DNA of 61,625 nt, from the NCBI GenBank assembly GCA_041660545.1, contig JBAZWE010000003.1:1-61625 (forward strand), in the 5' to 3' direction. A model generated the notes under the pieces. That model searched no databases. It was given only the letters and a program-made list of their open reading frames with translations, and was not told the origin of the DNA. Both the position numbers and the translations under genes were made by a program. The stretch comes from Thermoleophilia bacterium (lineage in GTDB: Bacteria; Actinomycetota; Thermoleophilia; BMS3ABIN01). This document shows positions 47,999 to 57,505 of the stretch, in pieces; positions within the stretch are counted from its first letter, which is position 1, and every line of letters begins with the position of its first letter.

Positions 47999-48433
47999 AT
48001 GGCATCTGATTCCAACCAGAAGTGTGACTTGCCCGAATCCGGCAAAACCAAGCCGACCCGGTTAAGCCGGCTGACGACCCAGCTGGCCAACGAGCGAACC
48101 TTCCTCGCCTGGATCCGTACGGGAATCGCGCTCCTCGCATTCGGTTTTGTCGTCGAAAAGGCCGGCTCGTTCCTGGAAGCGCTCTCGGCCGACATTTCCG
48201 CCAAACAGCATAACTTCGTGCGCTACTCGGGCGTCGCAGGAATAGTTCTGATGCTGTCGGGCGCATTTATCATCGCCATGTCCGCATGGCGATTTTGGTC
48301 CATCGACAAGTCTATCCGCCGGGGAGAGTGTGAGACCTCAGCAGCGCTGGACATTGCCGTGGCCATGGGAATTACAGTGATAGTGCTGGTCTTCATTGTC
48401 TTCCTGATCTTCCAGGCCTCAGTTTTCAACTAG
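47999..48433 (+). CDS. DUF202 (YidH-like) membrane protein
   Basis: 'LANERTFLAWIRTGIALLAFGFVV' is the DUF202 signature, and there are three TM helices. The ATG at 47999 is likely the start. The ORF-track start at 47897 overlaps ftsY. Confidence 0.72.
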   Translation: MASDSNQKCDLPESGKTKPTRLSRLTTQLANERTFLAWIRTGIALLAFGFVVEKAGSFLEALSADISAKQHNFVRYSGVAGIVLMLSGAFIIAMSAWRFWSIDKSIRRGECETSAALDIAVAMGITVIVLVFIVFLIFQASVFN

Positions 48434-48683
48434 CAGCTCTGCAGTCATCGTGAACCTCGCGCCCCCCCGTATTTTTCCTGCAGTGTTTCTTGCCTGACTT
48501 CCCGAAAAAAGGGTTAATTTTCCCGGAAACATGGAAGATGCATATGTTGGAGAGCACTAAATAAAGACCCTGGCTGTAAACGGGGTTATTGGCGGTTTTA
48601 CCGGGCATACAAACCTCTGACGGCACTGGGAGCTGATAAAAACGGAAATCAACGAAACGACGGGTCAACAGGACGAATACTTT

Positions 48684-51449
48684 GTGAGGCTCGTTGAAAA
48701 TTCACCGATCGCCATGATAGTTTCAACGGGCCCCGAAGAGCAGGTACTTCTTGTAAACACGAAGTTCACGGATCTTTTCGGCTATACGATCGAAGATATT
48801 CCCGATGTTTCCTCATGGTGGCCCCTGGCATATCCGGATGAGCGATATCGGCAGGAAATAAAATTCCAGTGGTCGGCCAGGATTGCGAAGGCGGTCAAGG
48901 AAAAAGGCGAAATCGAGCCTTTGGAAGCTACAGTCACCTGCAAGGATGGCGGGAAACGCGATATCCAGTTCAGCTTCTCATCAATAGGTGATAGAAATCT
49001 TGTAATTTTTATCGATAACACCGAGAGCAAACAGGCGGAAGAAGCCCTGAAAGAAACAGCAGCCCGTCTCAATGAGGCCCAGCGCATCGCCCATATCGGC
49101 AGTTGGGAATTGGATACCGTCAACAACGCTCTCACCTGGTCCGACGAGATATACCGGATTTTCGAGATCGATCCGAAAAATTTCGGCGCCTCCTACGATG
49201 CATTTTTGGACACCATCCATCCCGAGGACCGGGAGGCTGTTAATTTTGCCTATACTAACTCCCTCAAAACCCGGGTCCCCTATACCATCGAACATCGCCT
49301 CCTGTTTTCCGACGGCCGGATAAAATACGTTCACGAGCAATGTGAAACCTTTTATGACGCTGAGGGCAAGCCCCTTCGCTCTGTAGGGATAGTCCAGGAT
49401 ATTACCGATCGCAAAAAAGCAGAAGAGTCAATCAGGTCGGCCAATGCATATAACCGCAGCCTGATTGACGCGAGCCTCGACCCGCTTGTAACCATCAGCC
49501 GCGACGGCAAGATCACCGACGTCAACCAGGCGACGGAAAAAATAACTGGTTATTCCAGAGAAAAGCTTATCGGCACCAATTTTGCAGACTACTTCTCTGA
49601 GCCCGAAAAAGCGCGGGTGGGATATCAAAAGGTCTTTAAGGAAGGTCTGGTGCAGGATTATCAGCTGGGGATCAGGCGGCTGGATGGCCATGTAACCCCG
49701 GTTCTTTATAACGCTTCACTTTATAAGGACGATTCCGGCGATATAGCTGGCATCTTTGCGGCGGCCCGCGACATCTCCGAGCTCAAAAAAGCGGAGGTGG
49801 AGCTTGCCAGGGTCAATCTAACGCTGCGGATGCTGAGCAGCAGCAATCAGGCACTGATTCGAATCACTGATGAGGCAGTGCTGTTGAACGAGGTCTGCAG
49901 GATTGCCGTCGAGGTGGGAAGCTACTGCATGGCATGGGTCGCGTATGCGGAGCAGGACGAGGTCAGGACCTTGCGGCCAATGGCTCATGCAGGCTTTGAT
50001 TCGGGATATATCGAATCCGCCAGACTCACCTGGGCCGATAACGAACGCGGTCGCGGACCCAGCGGGACCGCGTTCCGCACCGGGAAGCCGTGCCTGGCGC
50101 GCAATATCCATACGGATCCTTCCTATGCTCCCTGGCGGGAGGAGGCCCTGCGGCGCGGCTATCAGGCATCGATTTCTTTGCCGCTCGTCAGCGAAGGACG
50201 GGCATTTGGAGTCCTGAGTATCTATGCTGCTGAGCCAGACGCATTTGATGACAATGAAACCGAAATCCTGAATGAGCTGGCAAGCGATCTGGCCTTCGGC
50301 ATCACCGCGATACGCATGCGGGCCGAGCGCAAGCGAGCGGAACAACAGTTGCAAGATCAACATGCTCTGCTGACTGCAATCATGAACAGTTCCAGGGAAA
50401 TCATTATTTTCTCATTAGACAAGAATTATTGTTATACCGCGTTCAATGACAAGCATCGAAAGGAAATGAAAAAAGTATGGGATGCTGATATTTCAGTTGG
50501 AATGAATCTGCTTGGATGCATGACGATACCGGAATTAAGAGAGTCGGCGAAACAAAGTATTGACCGTGCGCTGCAGGGAGAAGCCTTTACTGAAGTTCAG
50601 CACCAACCCGAACCGGATATCTATTACGAGCTTTTCTGGAATCCTGTTGTTCAAAACGACTCGATTGTCGGAGTAACTGTTTTCACGCACGACATCACCG
50701 AAAACATGCGGACGGCTGATGAGCTCAGGCGGGCAAGTTACAAAAACGAGATGGTCCTCAATTCAGCCGGCGAAGGAATATTTGGCCTCGATATGGAGGG
50801 CCGGGTGACCTTCGTCAATCCGTCTGCTGCAAATATGCTCGACTACAAAATAGAAGAGCTGCTGAACTGTCGCTCGCACGAAACCTTTCACTACCAGAAA
50901 GCTGATGGAACTCCCCACCTCGCTGAACAGTGCACCATCTACAATGCCGTGGCCGAAGGAGTGCCTTATCGGGAGGCGGAAGATGTATTTCAGCGAAAAG
51001 ACGCCACTTCCATTCCAGTCGAATACGTTATTACACCCATGCTTGAAAACAATAAGACCGTGGGCGGAGTTGTGGTTTTTGCTGATATCACCGAGCGCAG
51101 GCGGGCGGAGAATACGTTGCGCGAGAACCAGGCGCGGCTCGACCTTGCGCTACGGTCAGCCGACATGGGGGTATGGCACTGGGATATCATCGAGAACAAA
51201 CGCCATTTTGACGACCAGGCTTGTCATCTTCTGGGCATCAACCCCGCGACGTTCACTGGGTCCGCAGAGGAGTTCTTCGAAGCGATACATCCTGACGACC
51301 GGGAGACGATTAAAGCAGCACTGGCTCGGACCATGGAGCAGGATGTGCAGTACGAGTCGGAGTACCGCGCGGTCTGGCCGGATGAGAGTGCGCATTATAT
51401 ATCTGCCACATCACCGAGCGCAGGCAAACGGAACAGGATTTACAAATAA
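48684..51449 (+). CDS. Multi-PAS/GAF sensor, N-terminal fragment of a disrupted hybrid histidine kinase
   Basis: A chain of PAS domains closed by 'DNTESKQAEEAL', 'QDITDRKKAEESI', 'ARDISELKKAEVEL', 'HDITENMRTADEL' and 'ADITERRRAENTL', with a GAF domain in between. The last PAS stops abruptly after 'EYRAVWPDESAHYIS' and runs into nonsense and a stop. Confidence 0.9.
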   Translation: MRLVENSPIAMIVSTGPEEQVLLVNTKFTDLFGYTIEDIPDVSSWWPLAYPDERYRQEIKFQWSARIAKAVKEKGEIEPLEATVTCKDGGKRDIQFSFSSIGDRNLVIFIDNTESKQAEEALKETAARLNEAQRIAHIGSWELDTVNNALTWSDEIYRIFEIDPKNFGASYDAFLDTIHPEDREAVNFAYTNSLKTRVPYTIEHRLLFSDGRIKYVHEQCETFYDAEGKPLRSVGIVQDITDRKKAEESIRSANAYNRSLIDASLDPLVTISRDGKITDVNQATEKITGYSREKLIGTNFADYFSEPEKARVGYQKVFKEGLVQDYQLGIRRLDGHVTPVLYNASLYKDDSGDIAGIFAAARDISELKKAEVELARVNLTLRMLSSSNQALIRITDEAVLLNEVCRIAVEVGSYCMAWVAYAEQDEVRTLRPMAHAGFDSGYIESARLTWADNERGRGPSGTAFRTGKPCLARNIHTDPSYAPWREEALRRGYQASISLPLVSEGRAFGVLSIYAAEPDAFDDNETEILNELASDLAFGITAIRMRAERKRAEQQLQDQHALLTAIMNSSREIIIFSLDKNYCYTAFNDKHRKEMKKVWDADISVGMNLLGCMTIPELRESAKQSIDRALQGEAFTEVQHQPEPDIYYELFWNPVVQNDSIVGVTVFTHDITENMRTADELRRASYKNEMVLNSAGEGIFGLDMEGRVTFVNPSAANMLDYKIEELLNCRSHETFHYQKADGTPHLAEQCTIYNAVAEGVPYREAEDVFQRKDATSIPVEYVITPMLENNKTVGGVVVFADITERRRAENTLRENQARLDLALRSADMGVWHWDIIENKRHFDDQACHLLGINPATFTGSAEEFFEAIHPDDRETIKAALARTMEQDVQYESEYRAVWPDESAHYISATSPSAGKRNRIYK

Positions 51450-51643
51450 GCGAAGCCGGTTTCAAGGAAGCCCAGCACCTGGCCCAGATCGGCAGCTGGG
51501 ATTGGGACGCGATCGCGGACACCATTTACTGGTCGGACGAGTATTACCGGGTTTTTGGCATCGAAATCGGTTCGCCTCCGATCGGCTACGAAGAACATCT
51601 TAAGGCATATACCCCGGAAAGCATCGAGCGGCTTGATGCCGTA

Positions 51644-53335
51644 GTGAAAAAAGCCATGGAGGATGGAACGCGATACGAGCTTGATCTGGAGCTTGTCCAG
51701 CCAACATCCACAACCAGATGGATCTCTGCCCGCGGTGAAGCCAAGCGTGATGCAGACGGCAAGATAGTGGGGCTGCGCGGAACCGCCCAAAATATCACTT
51801 ACCGCAAACAATCCGAGGAAGCCGTACAGCAAAGTGAAGAGGATTACCGTACCCTGTTCGAGGACTCGAAGGACACGGTGATCATAACTTCCCACGCAGG
51901 CGAGATCCTGGACATCAACACCGCCGGCATCGAACTGCTTGGCTACGGCTCCAAGGAAGAGCTGCTTGAGGTTAACATTGCCGAGGCGGTTTATGAACAC
52001 CCGGAAGACCGGAAGAAGATGCTCGAAAGCCTTCAGCGTCAAGGATATCTGAAAAATTATGATCTGGATTTTCGGAGCAAGGGTGGAGAAATTCTGCATC
52101 TTTCGGCTTCATTAACGTCGATGCTGAACTACGATGGTGAAATTGTGGCTATCAGGGGAATACTTCACGACATGACCGAGCACCAACGGTTGGAGGAACA
52201 GCTGCGCCAGTCGCAGAAACTTGAGAGCATCGGCCTTCTGGCCGGTGGCGTGGCACATGACTTCAACAACTACCTGACCGCGATCGAGGGTTACACCGAC
52301 CTCGCCATGCTTGATCTGAGTAAAGAATCATCGGCTTACAAGGAGCTTCAGGAAGCGCGTCGTTCTTCGGATCGAGCGGCTAACCTGGCGCGGCAGCTGC
52401 TGTTATTCAGTCGCCGGGAACCCATGCACCCGAAACCCGTCAGCCTAAATACCGTCATAATGGATCTGCTCAAGATGCTCGGGCGCCTGATCGGTGAACA
52501 GTATCGGCTGGTCATGCATCTCGAAGACAAACTCTGGACGATCAACGCCGACGCCTCACACATCGAGCAGGTAATCATGAACCTGGTTGTCAATGCCAGG
52601 GACGCGATGCCCGGAGGCGGCGAGATCACCATCAGGACTGAAAATTTTCCTGTAAACGGTGAGTATGTTAAAACCCATTCCGGCTCACAACCCGGTGAAT
52701 TTGTCCGCATGCAGATTGAAGATTCGGGTTGCGGCATGGATGCCGAGACCGTTTCTCGCATATTCGAGCCCTTTTTCACGACGAAGGCCGCAGCCTATGG
52801 AACCGGCCTCGGCCTTTCGGTCGTTTACGGGATCATCACCCAGCATGGAGGGTGGATAGATGTGGATAGCACTCTCGATCGGGGCACAATTTTTAGCATT
52901 TTTCTGCCGGCGCTGCCCCTTCAGGCCGGCATAGACGAAACTGAGAATATCCCTGTTCAGCAATTACATGGTCACGGCGAAAGAATATTGCTCGTCGAGG
53001 ACGAGGGAGTCGTCAGGGAATTGGCGGAAAAGATGTTAGCCCGGAATGGCTACTCGGTGACGGTTGCAGCCGACGCGGAGGAGGCTACGGCGATATTTAA
53101 AAACCAGCAGGGAAATTTCGACCTCGTCTTCAGCGACGTGATTCTGCCTAAAGAGAACGGAGTCGCCCTCGTCGATCACCTGCTCGAGGAGAAACCGGGA
53201 CTCAAGGTTCTACTTGCCAGTGGTTATAGCGATATTGGCGGTCAGCAGGCAATCCAGGACAGAGGATATCCGTTTCTTCAAAAGCCATATCAATTACAGA
53301 CTTTGCTGGCGCAGCTAAGGGAACTGCTGGACTAG
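51644..53335 (+). CDS. Hybrid histidine kinase, C-terminal fragment (PAS-PAS-HisKA-HATPase-receiver); its frame is open and homologous from about 51407
   Basis: H-box 'GGVAHDFNNYLTAIEGY', N-box 'VVNARDAMPGGG', G-boxes 'EDSGCGMD' and 'GTGLGLSVVYG', and receiver 'ILLVEDEGVVRE...DLVFSDVILP'. Upstream in the same frame, 'HITERRQTEQDLQISEAGFKEAQHLAQIGSWDWD' continues PAS architecture without any start codon. Confidence 0.9.
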   Translation: MKKAMEDGTRYELDLELVQPTSTTRWISARGEAKRDADGKIVGLRGTAQNITYRKQSEEAVQQSEEDYRTLFEDSKDTVIITSHAGEILDINTAGIELLGYGSKEELLEVNIAEAVYEHPEDRKKMLESLQRQGYLKNYDLDFRSKGGEILHLSASLTSMLNYDGEIVAIRGILHDMTEHQRLEEQLRQSQKLESIGLLAGGVAHDFNNYLTAIEGYTDLAMLDLSKESSAYKELQEARRSSDRAANLARQLLLFSRREPMHPKPVSLNTVIMDLLKMLGRLIGEQYRLVMHLEDKLWTINADASHIEQVIMNLVVNARDAMPGGGEITIRTENFPVNGEYVKTHSGSQPGEFVRMQIEDSGCGMDAETVSRIFEPFFTTKAAAYGTGLGLSVVYGIITQHGGWIDVDSTLDRGTIFSIFLPALPLQAGIDETENIPVQQLHGHGERILLVEDEGVVRELAEKMLARNGYSVTVAADAEEATAIFKNQQGNFDLVFSDVILPKENGVALVDHLLEEKPGLKVLLASGYSDIGGQQAIQDRGYPFLQKPYQLQTLLAQLRELLD

Positions 53336-53348
53336 CCGCAGCTCTCCG

Positions 53349-53377
53349 CTTGACACTCATCCTGCTACTTCCTAATA
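53349..53377 (+). promoter_or_regulatory. Sigma-70-like promoter candidate at the head of the 350-nt spacer before ffh
   Basis: TTGACA (53349-53354), a 17-nt spacer and TAATAT (53372-53377). Confidence 0.45.
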
Positions 53378-53690
53378 TTAAGAGCTGTACAAGGGCGCTT
53401 TTGCACGCGCCCGCAAGGTGCCGGGAGCGAACCGGGACAACGACAGCCTCCAGGGGCTGGCGGCTTCAAAAAGCTCCCTGCCGAGGACAGTGACTGTGGA
53501 GAGTTCGAAAAGCGGACAGTGGATTGCAGCGGTGAGATTGTTTGATTTTGTATTAACCATGCCAGGATCGCGGCCGGATATATCGGAGTGCGGCGATACG
53601 GCGTGTTTCATCTCCCGCGGCGGCGTCGCAACGACGCTATGCAATTTCCTGTCTTTTTCCCTCCCGAACAGTCGCCAGACTGGTAGATAG

Positions 53691-55034
53691 ATGTTTGATA
53701 CATTATCCGAAAAATTGCAGAGCGTACTGGGTGGTCTTAAAGGACAGGGACGCTTAAACGAGGATGACATCAACAAGGCCATGCGGGAGATCCGCCTGGC
53801 CCTGCTGGAAGCGGATGTCAACTTCAAGGTAGTCAAGCAGTTCGTTGCCGCGGTCAAGGAAAGGGCCATGGGCGCGGACGTGCTCGAGAGCCTGACCCCC
53901 GGCCAGCAGGTAGTCAAGATCGTCCACGAAGAGCTGGGTAGCCTGATGGGCGCCGCTTCCACCAAGCTCACTTTCTCTCCCCGTCCGCCGACGGTCGTGC
54001 TCATGGTAGGTCTGCAGGGTAGCGGTAAGACCACCGCCTGCGGCAAGCTGGCGCGTTTTCTCAAAGCGCAGGGCAAGAATGTGGAGATGGTCGCATGCGA
54101 CGTTTACCGCCCAGCGGCTGTCGACCAGCTGAAGATGCTCGGCAAACAGCTCGACGTGCCGGTCTTTTCCATCGATGGCAGCAATAACGCCGTTGAGATA
54201 GCCGCAAAAGGTGTTGAAGACGCCCGCGCCAACGGACGCGACCTGGCCATCATCGATACAGCCGGCCGACTTCATATAGACGAGAAATTGATGGACGAAC
54301 TGGTCCGTATCCGCGCCGATGTAAAACCGCACAACATACTACTGGTCCTCGATTCCATGACCGGTCAGGACGCGGTAAACGTCGCGGAGCAGTTCATGCA
54401 GCAGGTCAATTTCGATGGGGTCATACTCACCAAGCTTGACGGTGACGCCCGCGGTGGCGCCGCACTTTCAGTAAAAGCGGTAACCGGCAAACCGATAAAG
54501 TTCGTCTCCACGGGTGAAAAGCTGGACTCCTTCGATTATTTTCATCCCGACAGAATGGCCGGTCGCATCCTGGGCATGGGCGACATGATGACGCTGATCG
54601 AGAAGGCCCAGGAGACGGTCGATGAAAAAAAGGCCGCCGAGCTTGAGGAGAAGCTGCGCAAGGCGACTTTCACCTTCGACGATTTTCTGGACCAGATGCA
54701 GAGCATGCGCAAGATGGGCCCGCTGGCGGGGATGCTGGCCATGATACCGGGTGTCCCCAAGCAGCTTAAGAACCAGCAGATCGACGAGCATGAGCTCGAT
54801 CGTGTCGAGGCCATCATACGCTCGATGACCCTTGAGGAGCGACGGGCGCCGGATATCATCAACGGCAGCCGTCGTAAGCGAATCGCCGCCGGCAGTGGCA
54901 CCAACGTTCAGTCCGTCAACCAGCTCATCAGCAGGTTCAAACAGATGCAGAAGCTGATGAAACAGATGGCGAGCGGCAAGGGTGGCAAGGGCATGCCAAA
55001 TATCCCGCCCGAGATGCTTCGCGGCGGATTATAA
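53691..55034 (+). CDS. ffh: Signal recognition particle protein Ffh
   Basis: 'MFDTLSEKLQSVLGGLKG', 'MVGLQGSGKTTACGK', 'DTAGRLH', 'LTKLDGDARGG' and the Met-rich M domain ('GMGDMMTLIEKA', 'MRKMGPLAGMLAMIPG'). Confidence 0.97.
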   Translation: MFDTLSEKLQSVLGGLKGQGRLNEDDINKAMREIRLALLEADVNFKVVKQFVAAVKERAMGADVLESLTPGQQVVKIVHEELGSLMGAASTKLTFSPRPPTVVLMVGLQGSGKTTACGKLARFLKAQGKNVEMVACDVYRPAAVDQLKMLGKQLDVPVFSIDGSNNAVEIAAKGVEDARANGRDLAIIDTAGRLHIDEKLMDELVRIRADVKPHNILLVLDSMTGQDAVNVAEQFMQQVNFDGVILTKLDGDARGGAALSVKAVTGKPIKFVSTGEKLDSFDYFHPDRMAGRILGMGDMMTLIEKAQETVDEKKAAELEEKLRKATFTFDDFLDQMQSMRKMGPLAGMLAMIPGVPKQLKNQQIDEHELDRVEAIIRSMTLEERRAPDIINGSRRKRIAAGSGTNVQSVNQLISRFKQMQKLMKQMASGKGGKGMPNIPPEMLRGGL

Positions 55035-55040
55035 AAAATT

Positions 55041-55092
55041 GTCATTCTGAGGAGCACCAACAGTATGTCATTCTGAGGAGCACCAACAGTAT
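55041..55092 (+). repeat. Two identical tandem 26-nt units derived from the repeat-family left arm
   Basis: GTCATTCTGAGGAGCACCAACAGTAT occurs twice (55041-55066 and 55067-55092). A third GTCATTCTGAGGAGC follows immediately and opens the full palindrome. Confidence 0.92.
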
Positions 55093-55165
55093 GTCATTCT
55101 GAGGAGCGGAGCGACGAAGAATCCTGGTCTCAGATTGAGATCCTTCGCCTGCGGCTCAGGATGAC
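55093..55165 (+). repeat. Full palindromic copy of the repeat family
   Basis: GTCATTCTGAGGAGCGGAGCGACGAAGAATCCtggtctcagattgaGATCCTTCGCCTGCGGCTCAGGATGAC. Confidence 0.9.
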
Positions 55166-55174
55166 AAACGCATT

Positions 55175-55225
55175 GTCATTCTGAGGAGCTTCAGCGACGA
55201 AGAATCTCCGCGGAAATAGCATGAC
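55175..55225 (+). repeat. Partial copy of the repeat family upstream of rpsP
   Basis: GTCATTCTGAGGAGCTTCAGCGACGAAGAATCTCCGCGGAAATAGCATGAC. The left arm is intact and the right arm is reduced to ATGAC. Confidence 0.7.
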
Positions 55226-55254
55226 AACATGAATGAAAACGAGGAGGTGATTAT

Positions 55255-55497
55255 ATGGCGGTAAAGATAAGACTCAGCAGGGTTGGAAGGAAGAAGAAGC
55301 CTATCTACCGTATTGTTGTGGCCGATTCCCGCTCCCCGAGGGACGGCAAGATAATAGAGAACATCGGGCGTTACAACCCGCTGGAAGAGCCTTCTCTCAT
55401 CGAGGTTGATGAAGACAAGGCACGCGACTGGTTGGCAAAGGGGGCCCAGCCGACGCAGACCGTCTCCAAGCTGTTGGCGGTAAAGGGGATCTCTTGA
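55255..55497 (+). CDS. rpsP: 30S ribosomal protein S16
   Basis: '[32 protein letters not shown]'. There is a strong GAGGAGG RBS. Confidence 0.96.
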   Translation: MAVKIRLSRVGRKKKPIYRIVVADSRSPRDGKIIENIGRYNPLEEPSLIEVDEDKARDWLAKGAQPTQTVSKLLAVKGIS

Positions 55498-55532
55498 AGT
55501 TGAATCCGGTCGAGTGCAAATGGAGGTAGAAA

Positions 55533-55763
55533 GTGAAAGAGTTACTTGAATATCTGGCCATGGCTCTAGTTGACAAACCTGACGAGGTCAAGGTTCAGGA
55601 AACCGTGACTGACACGACAGTTGTGCTAGAGCTTACGGTGGCCAAGGATGATATCGGCAAGGTAATCGGCAAGCAGGGCCGCATCGCCCGCGCGCTGAGG
55701 ACCATCGTAAAAGCCAGCGCGGTCAAGAACGGTAAACGGGCCATAGTCGAGATAGTCGACTGA
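55533..55763 (+). CDS. KH-domain RNA-binding protein (UPF0109/YlqC-like)
   Basis: 76 aa with 'DDIGKVIGKQGRIARALRTIV' (GxxG KH motif). It occupies the conserved position between rpsP and rimM. Confidence 0.85.
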   Translation: MKELLEYLAMALVDKPDEVKVQETVTDTTVVLELTVAKDDIGKVIGKQGRIARALRTIVKASAVKNGKRAIVEIVD

Positions 55764-55820
55764 AGCTGACAACCGAAATAAATCCGAGATCCGGATCTCT
55801 GCTTTGATGGGTGATTCCTG

Positions 55821-56342
55821 TTGAGGAGCGTACCTGAATGGGTTCTGGTGGGCATGATCAAACGTATCCACGGGAACCAGGGTGAGATGCTGGTCAAGCC
55901 GCTCACCGACAGGGAAGAGCGTTTTTCCGAAGGTTCGGAGCTTTATGTCATGCGCAAGCGTGAAACAGAGCGTGTGAAAATGAAGATAGCGGCCTCCCGT
56001 ATATCAGACCGGGGGCCGCTGATCATGCTTGAGGGATATAATTCCCGCAGCGAGGCGGAGCCGTTGTTCGGAGCGTCCCTTTTTTTGCCCGGCGAGGAAA
56101 TCCCTCCCCTCGATGATGGAGCGTACTACGCGTTCCAGATCGAGGGTTGCCTTGTCTACGAGGGTGAAAAGTTATTGGGTACGGTCACGAAGCTGGCCGA
56201 ATCGGTGAAGGCAAATCCTTACATCGAGGTCGATCCGGGTGAAGATCACCCTTTACTTCTCATACCTTTTATCAGCCAGGTGGTTAAAAGGGTCGATGTG
56301 GACGGACAGCGTATCGACATAATCGAAGGCTTTCTCGGGTGA
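55821..56342 (+). CDS. rimM: 16S rRNA processing protein RimM
   Basis: 'VGMIKRIHGNQGEMLVKPLTD' and a PRC barrel in the C-terminal half. It lies between the KH gene and trmD. Confidence 0.88.
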   Translation: MRSVPEWVLVGMIKRIHGNQGEMLVKPLTDREERFSEGSELYVMRKRETERVKMKIAASRISDRGPLIMLEGYNSRSEAEPLFGASLFLPGEEIPPLDDGAYYAFQIEGCLVYEGEKLLGTVTKLAESVKANPYIEVDPGEDHPLLLIPFISQVVKRVDVDGQRIDIIEGFLG

Positions 56343-56348
56343 TCCTGG

Positions 56349-57011
56349 ATGAGGGTCGACGTCTTCACGCTCTTCCCCGAGTGGTTCAACTGGTTTTTCG
56401 ACCAGCGCCATATTACCAACGCGGTTCAGGCGGGAAATCTTGATGCACGGCTTTTCAACTACCGTGACTACACTCCCTTAAAGCATAACCAGGTCGATGA
56501 CACGCCGTGCGGCGGCGGCGCCGGCATGGTGCTTAGGGTGGACGCGGTCTGTGCGGCGCTCGAGGGCGTGTATGGCAGCGATTGCGCCTCGATCAGGGAA
56601 AGTCAGCCGGTTTTTCTGCTGTCACCACGAGGACAGCGTCTTGATGAAAAGCTCCTGGGCGAACTGGCGGAGCTAGAAGCGTTCACATTGCTCTGTGGCC
56701 GTTACGAGGGTTTCGACGAGCGGGTCTTAGAGCACATGGCAACCGGTGAGATATCCATCGGCGATTATGTTGTAAGCGGGGGCGAGCTGCCGGCGATGGT
56801 GCTCATGGACGCCGTGGCCAGACGCCTTCCCGGGGCGCTGGGCAGTGAGGAAAGCGCCATATTTGAGTCCTTTTCCGAGGAACTGGGCGGCAAGCTCGAA
56901 TATCCCCACTACACCAAACCAGCCGATTTTCGCGGCTGGAAGGTGCCGGAAGTGTTGTTATCGGGTAACCACGCCGAGATCGAGAAATGGCGGCGGGAGA
57001 AGCTGGGATAG
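56349..57011 (+). CDS. trmD: tRNA (guanine37-N1)-methyltransferase
   Basis: '[12 protein letters not shown]', '[13 protein letters not shown]' and '[21 protein letters not shown]'. Confidence 0.94.
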   Translation: MRVDVFTLFPEWFNWFFDQRHITNAVQAGNLDARLFNYRDYTPLKHNQVDDTPCGGGAGMVLRVDAVCAALEGVYGSDCASIRESQPVFLLSPRGQRLDEKLLGELAELEAFTLLCGRYEGFDERVLEHMATGEISIGDYVVSGGELPAMVLMDAVARRLPGALGSEESAIFESFSEELGGKLEYPHYTKPADFRGWKVPEVLLSGNHAEIEKWRREKLG

Positions 57012-57136
57012 CCCCTTTTATTGCATTCCCACCCAAAAACCTCTAAAATCTCGAACTTGGCACTACTGATATAAAAAAACGCCAGATTTGGCGATGTGGG
57101 GCCGCATGAGGCGGCCGTTTCCAGCAGGGAGAAGTC

Positions 57137-57484
57137 ATGAATCCGACCATAGCCAGACTAGAAGAACAGCAACTGCGCAAGGGTATCCCGCAGTTTAAAG
57201 CCGGAGACACCGTAAAGGTGCACTTCCAGGTTGTTGAAGGGACCCGTAGCCGTATCCAGGTTTTTCAGGGCATCGTCATCAAGCGCCAGGGCGAAGGAGC
57301 GCGCGAGACTTTCACCGTGCGCAAGCATTCCTTCGGCGTTGGTGTCGAGAGGACGTTCCCGGTGCATTCCCCGAAGATACACAAGATTGAGGTTTTGAGC
57401 ATCGGCGACGTCCGCCGCGCCAAGCTTTACTACCTGCGTAGTAAAGTGGGCAAGAAGGCCAAGGTCCGGGAAAAGCAGCGCTAG
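57137..57484 (+). CDS. rplS: 50S ribosomal protein L19
   Basis: '[36 protein letters not shown]'. Confidence 0.96.
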   Translation: MNPTIARLEEQQLRKGIPQFKAGDTVKVHFQVVEGTRSRIQVFQGIVIKRQGEGARETFTVRKHSFGVGVERTFPVHSPKIHKIEVLSIGDVRRAKLYYLRSKVGKKAKVREKQR

Positions 57485-57505
57485 GCGCGTCTGCCACCTG
57501 ATCTG

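Noticed and set aside
53385-53690. SRP (4.5S/7S) RNA or a c-di-GMP-I (GEMM) riboswitch in the spacer before ffh.
   Set aside because: The SRP domain IV hallmark (GGAA-type tetraloop flanked by AGCAGC / GGUCC-like strands) is absent on both strands. 'GGGACAACGACAGCCUCCAGG' only loosely resembles the GEMM 'GGGACGCAAAGCCUCCGG' core, and the other conserved GEMM positions are missing. I kept the region only as an unexplained structured spacer.
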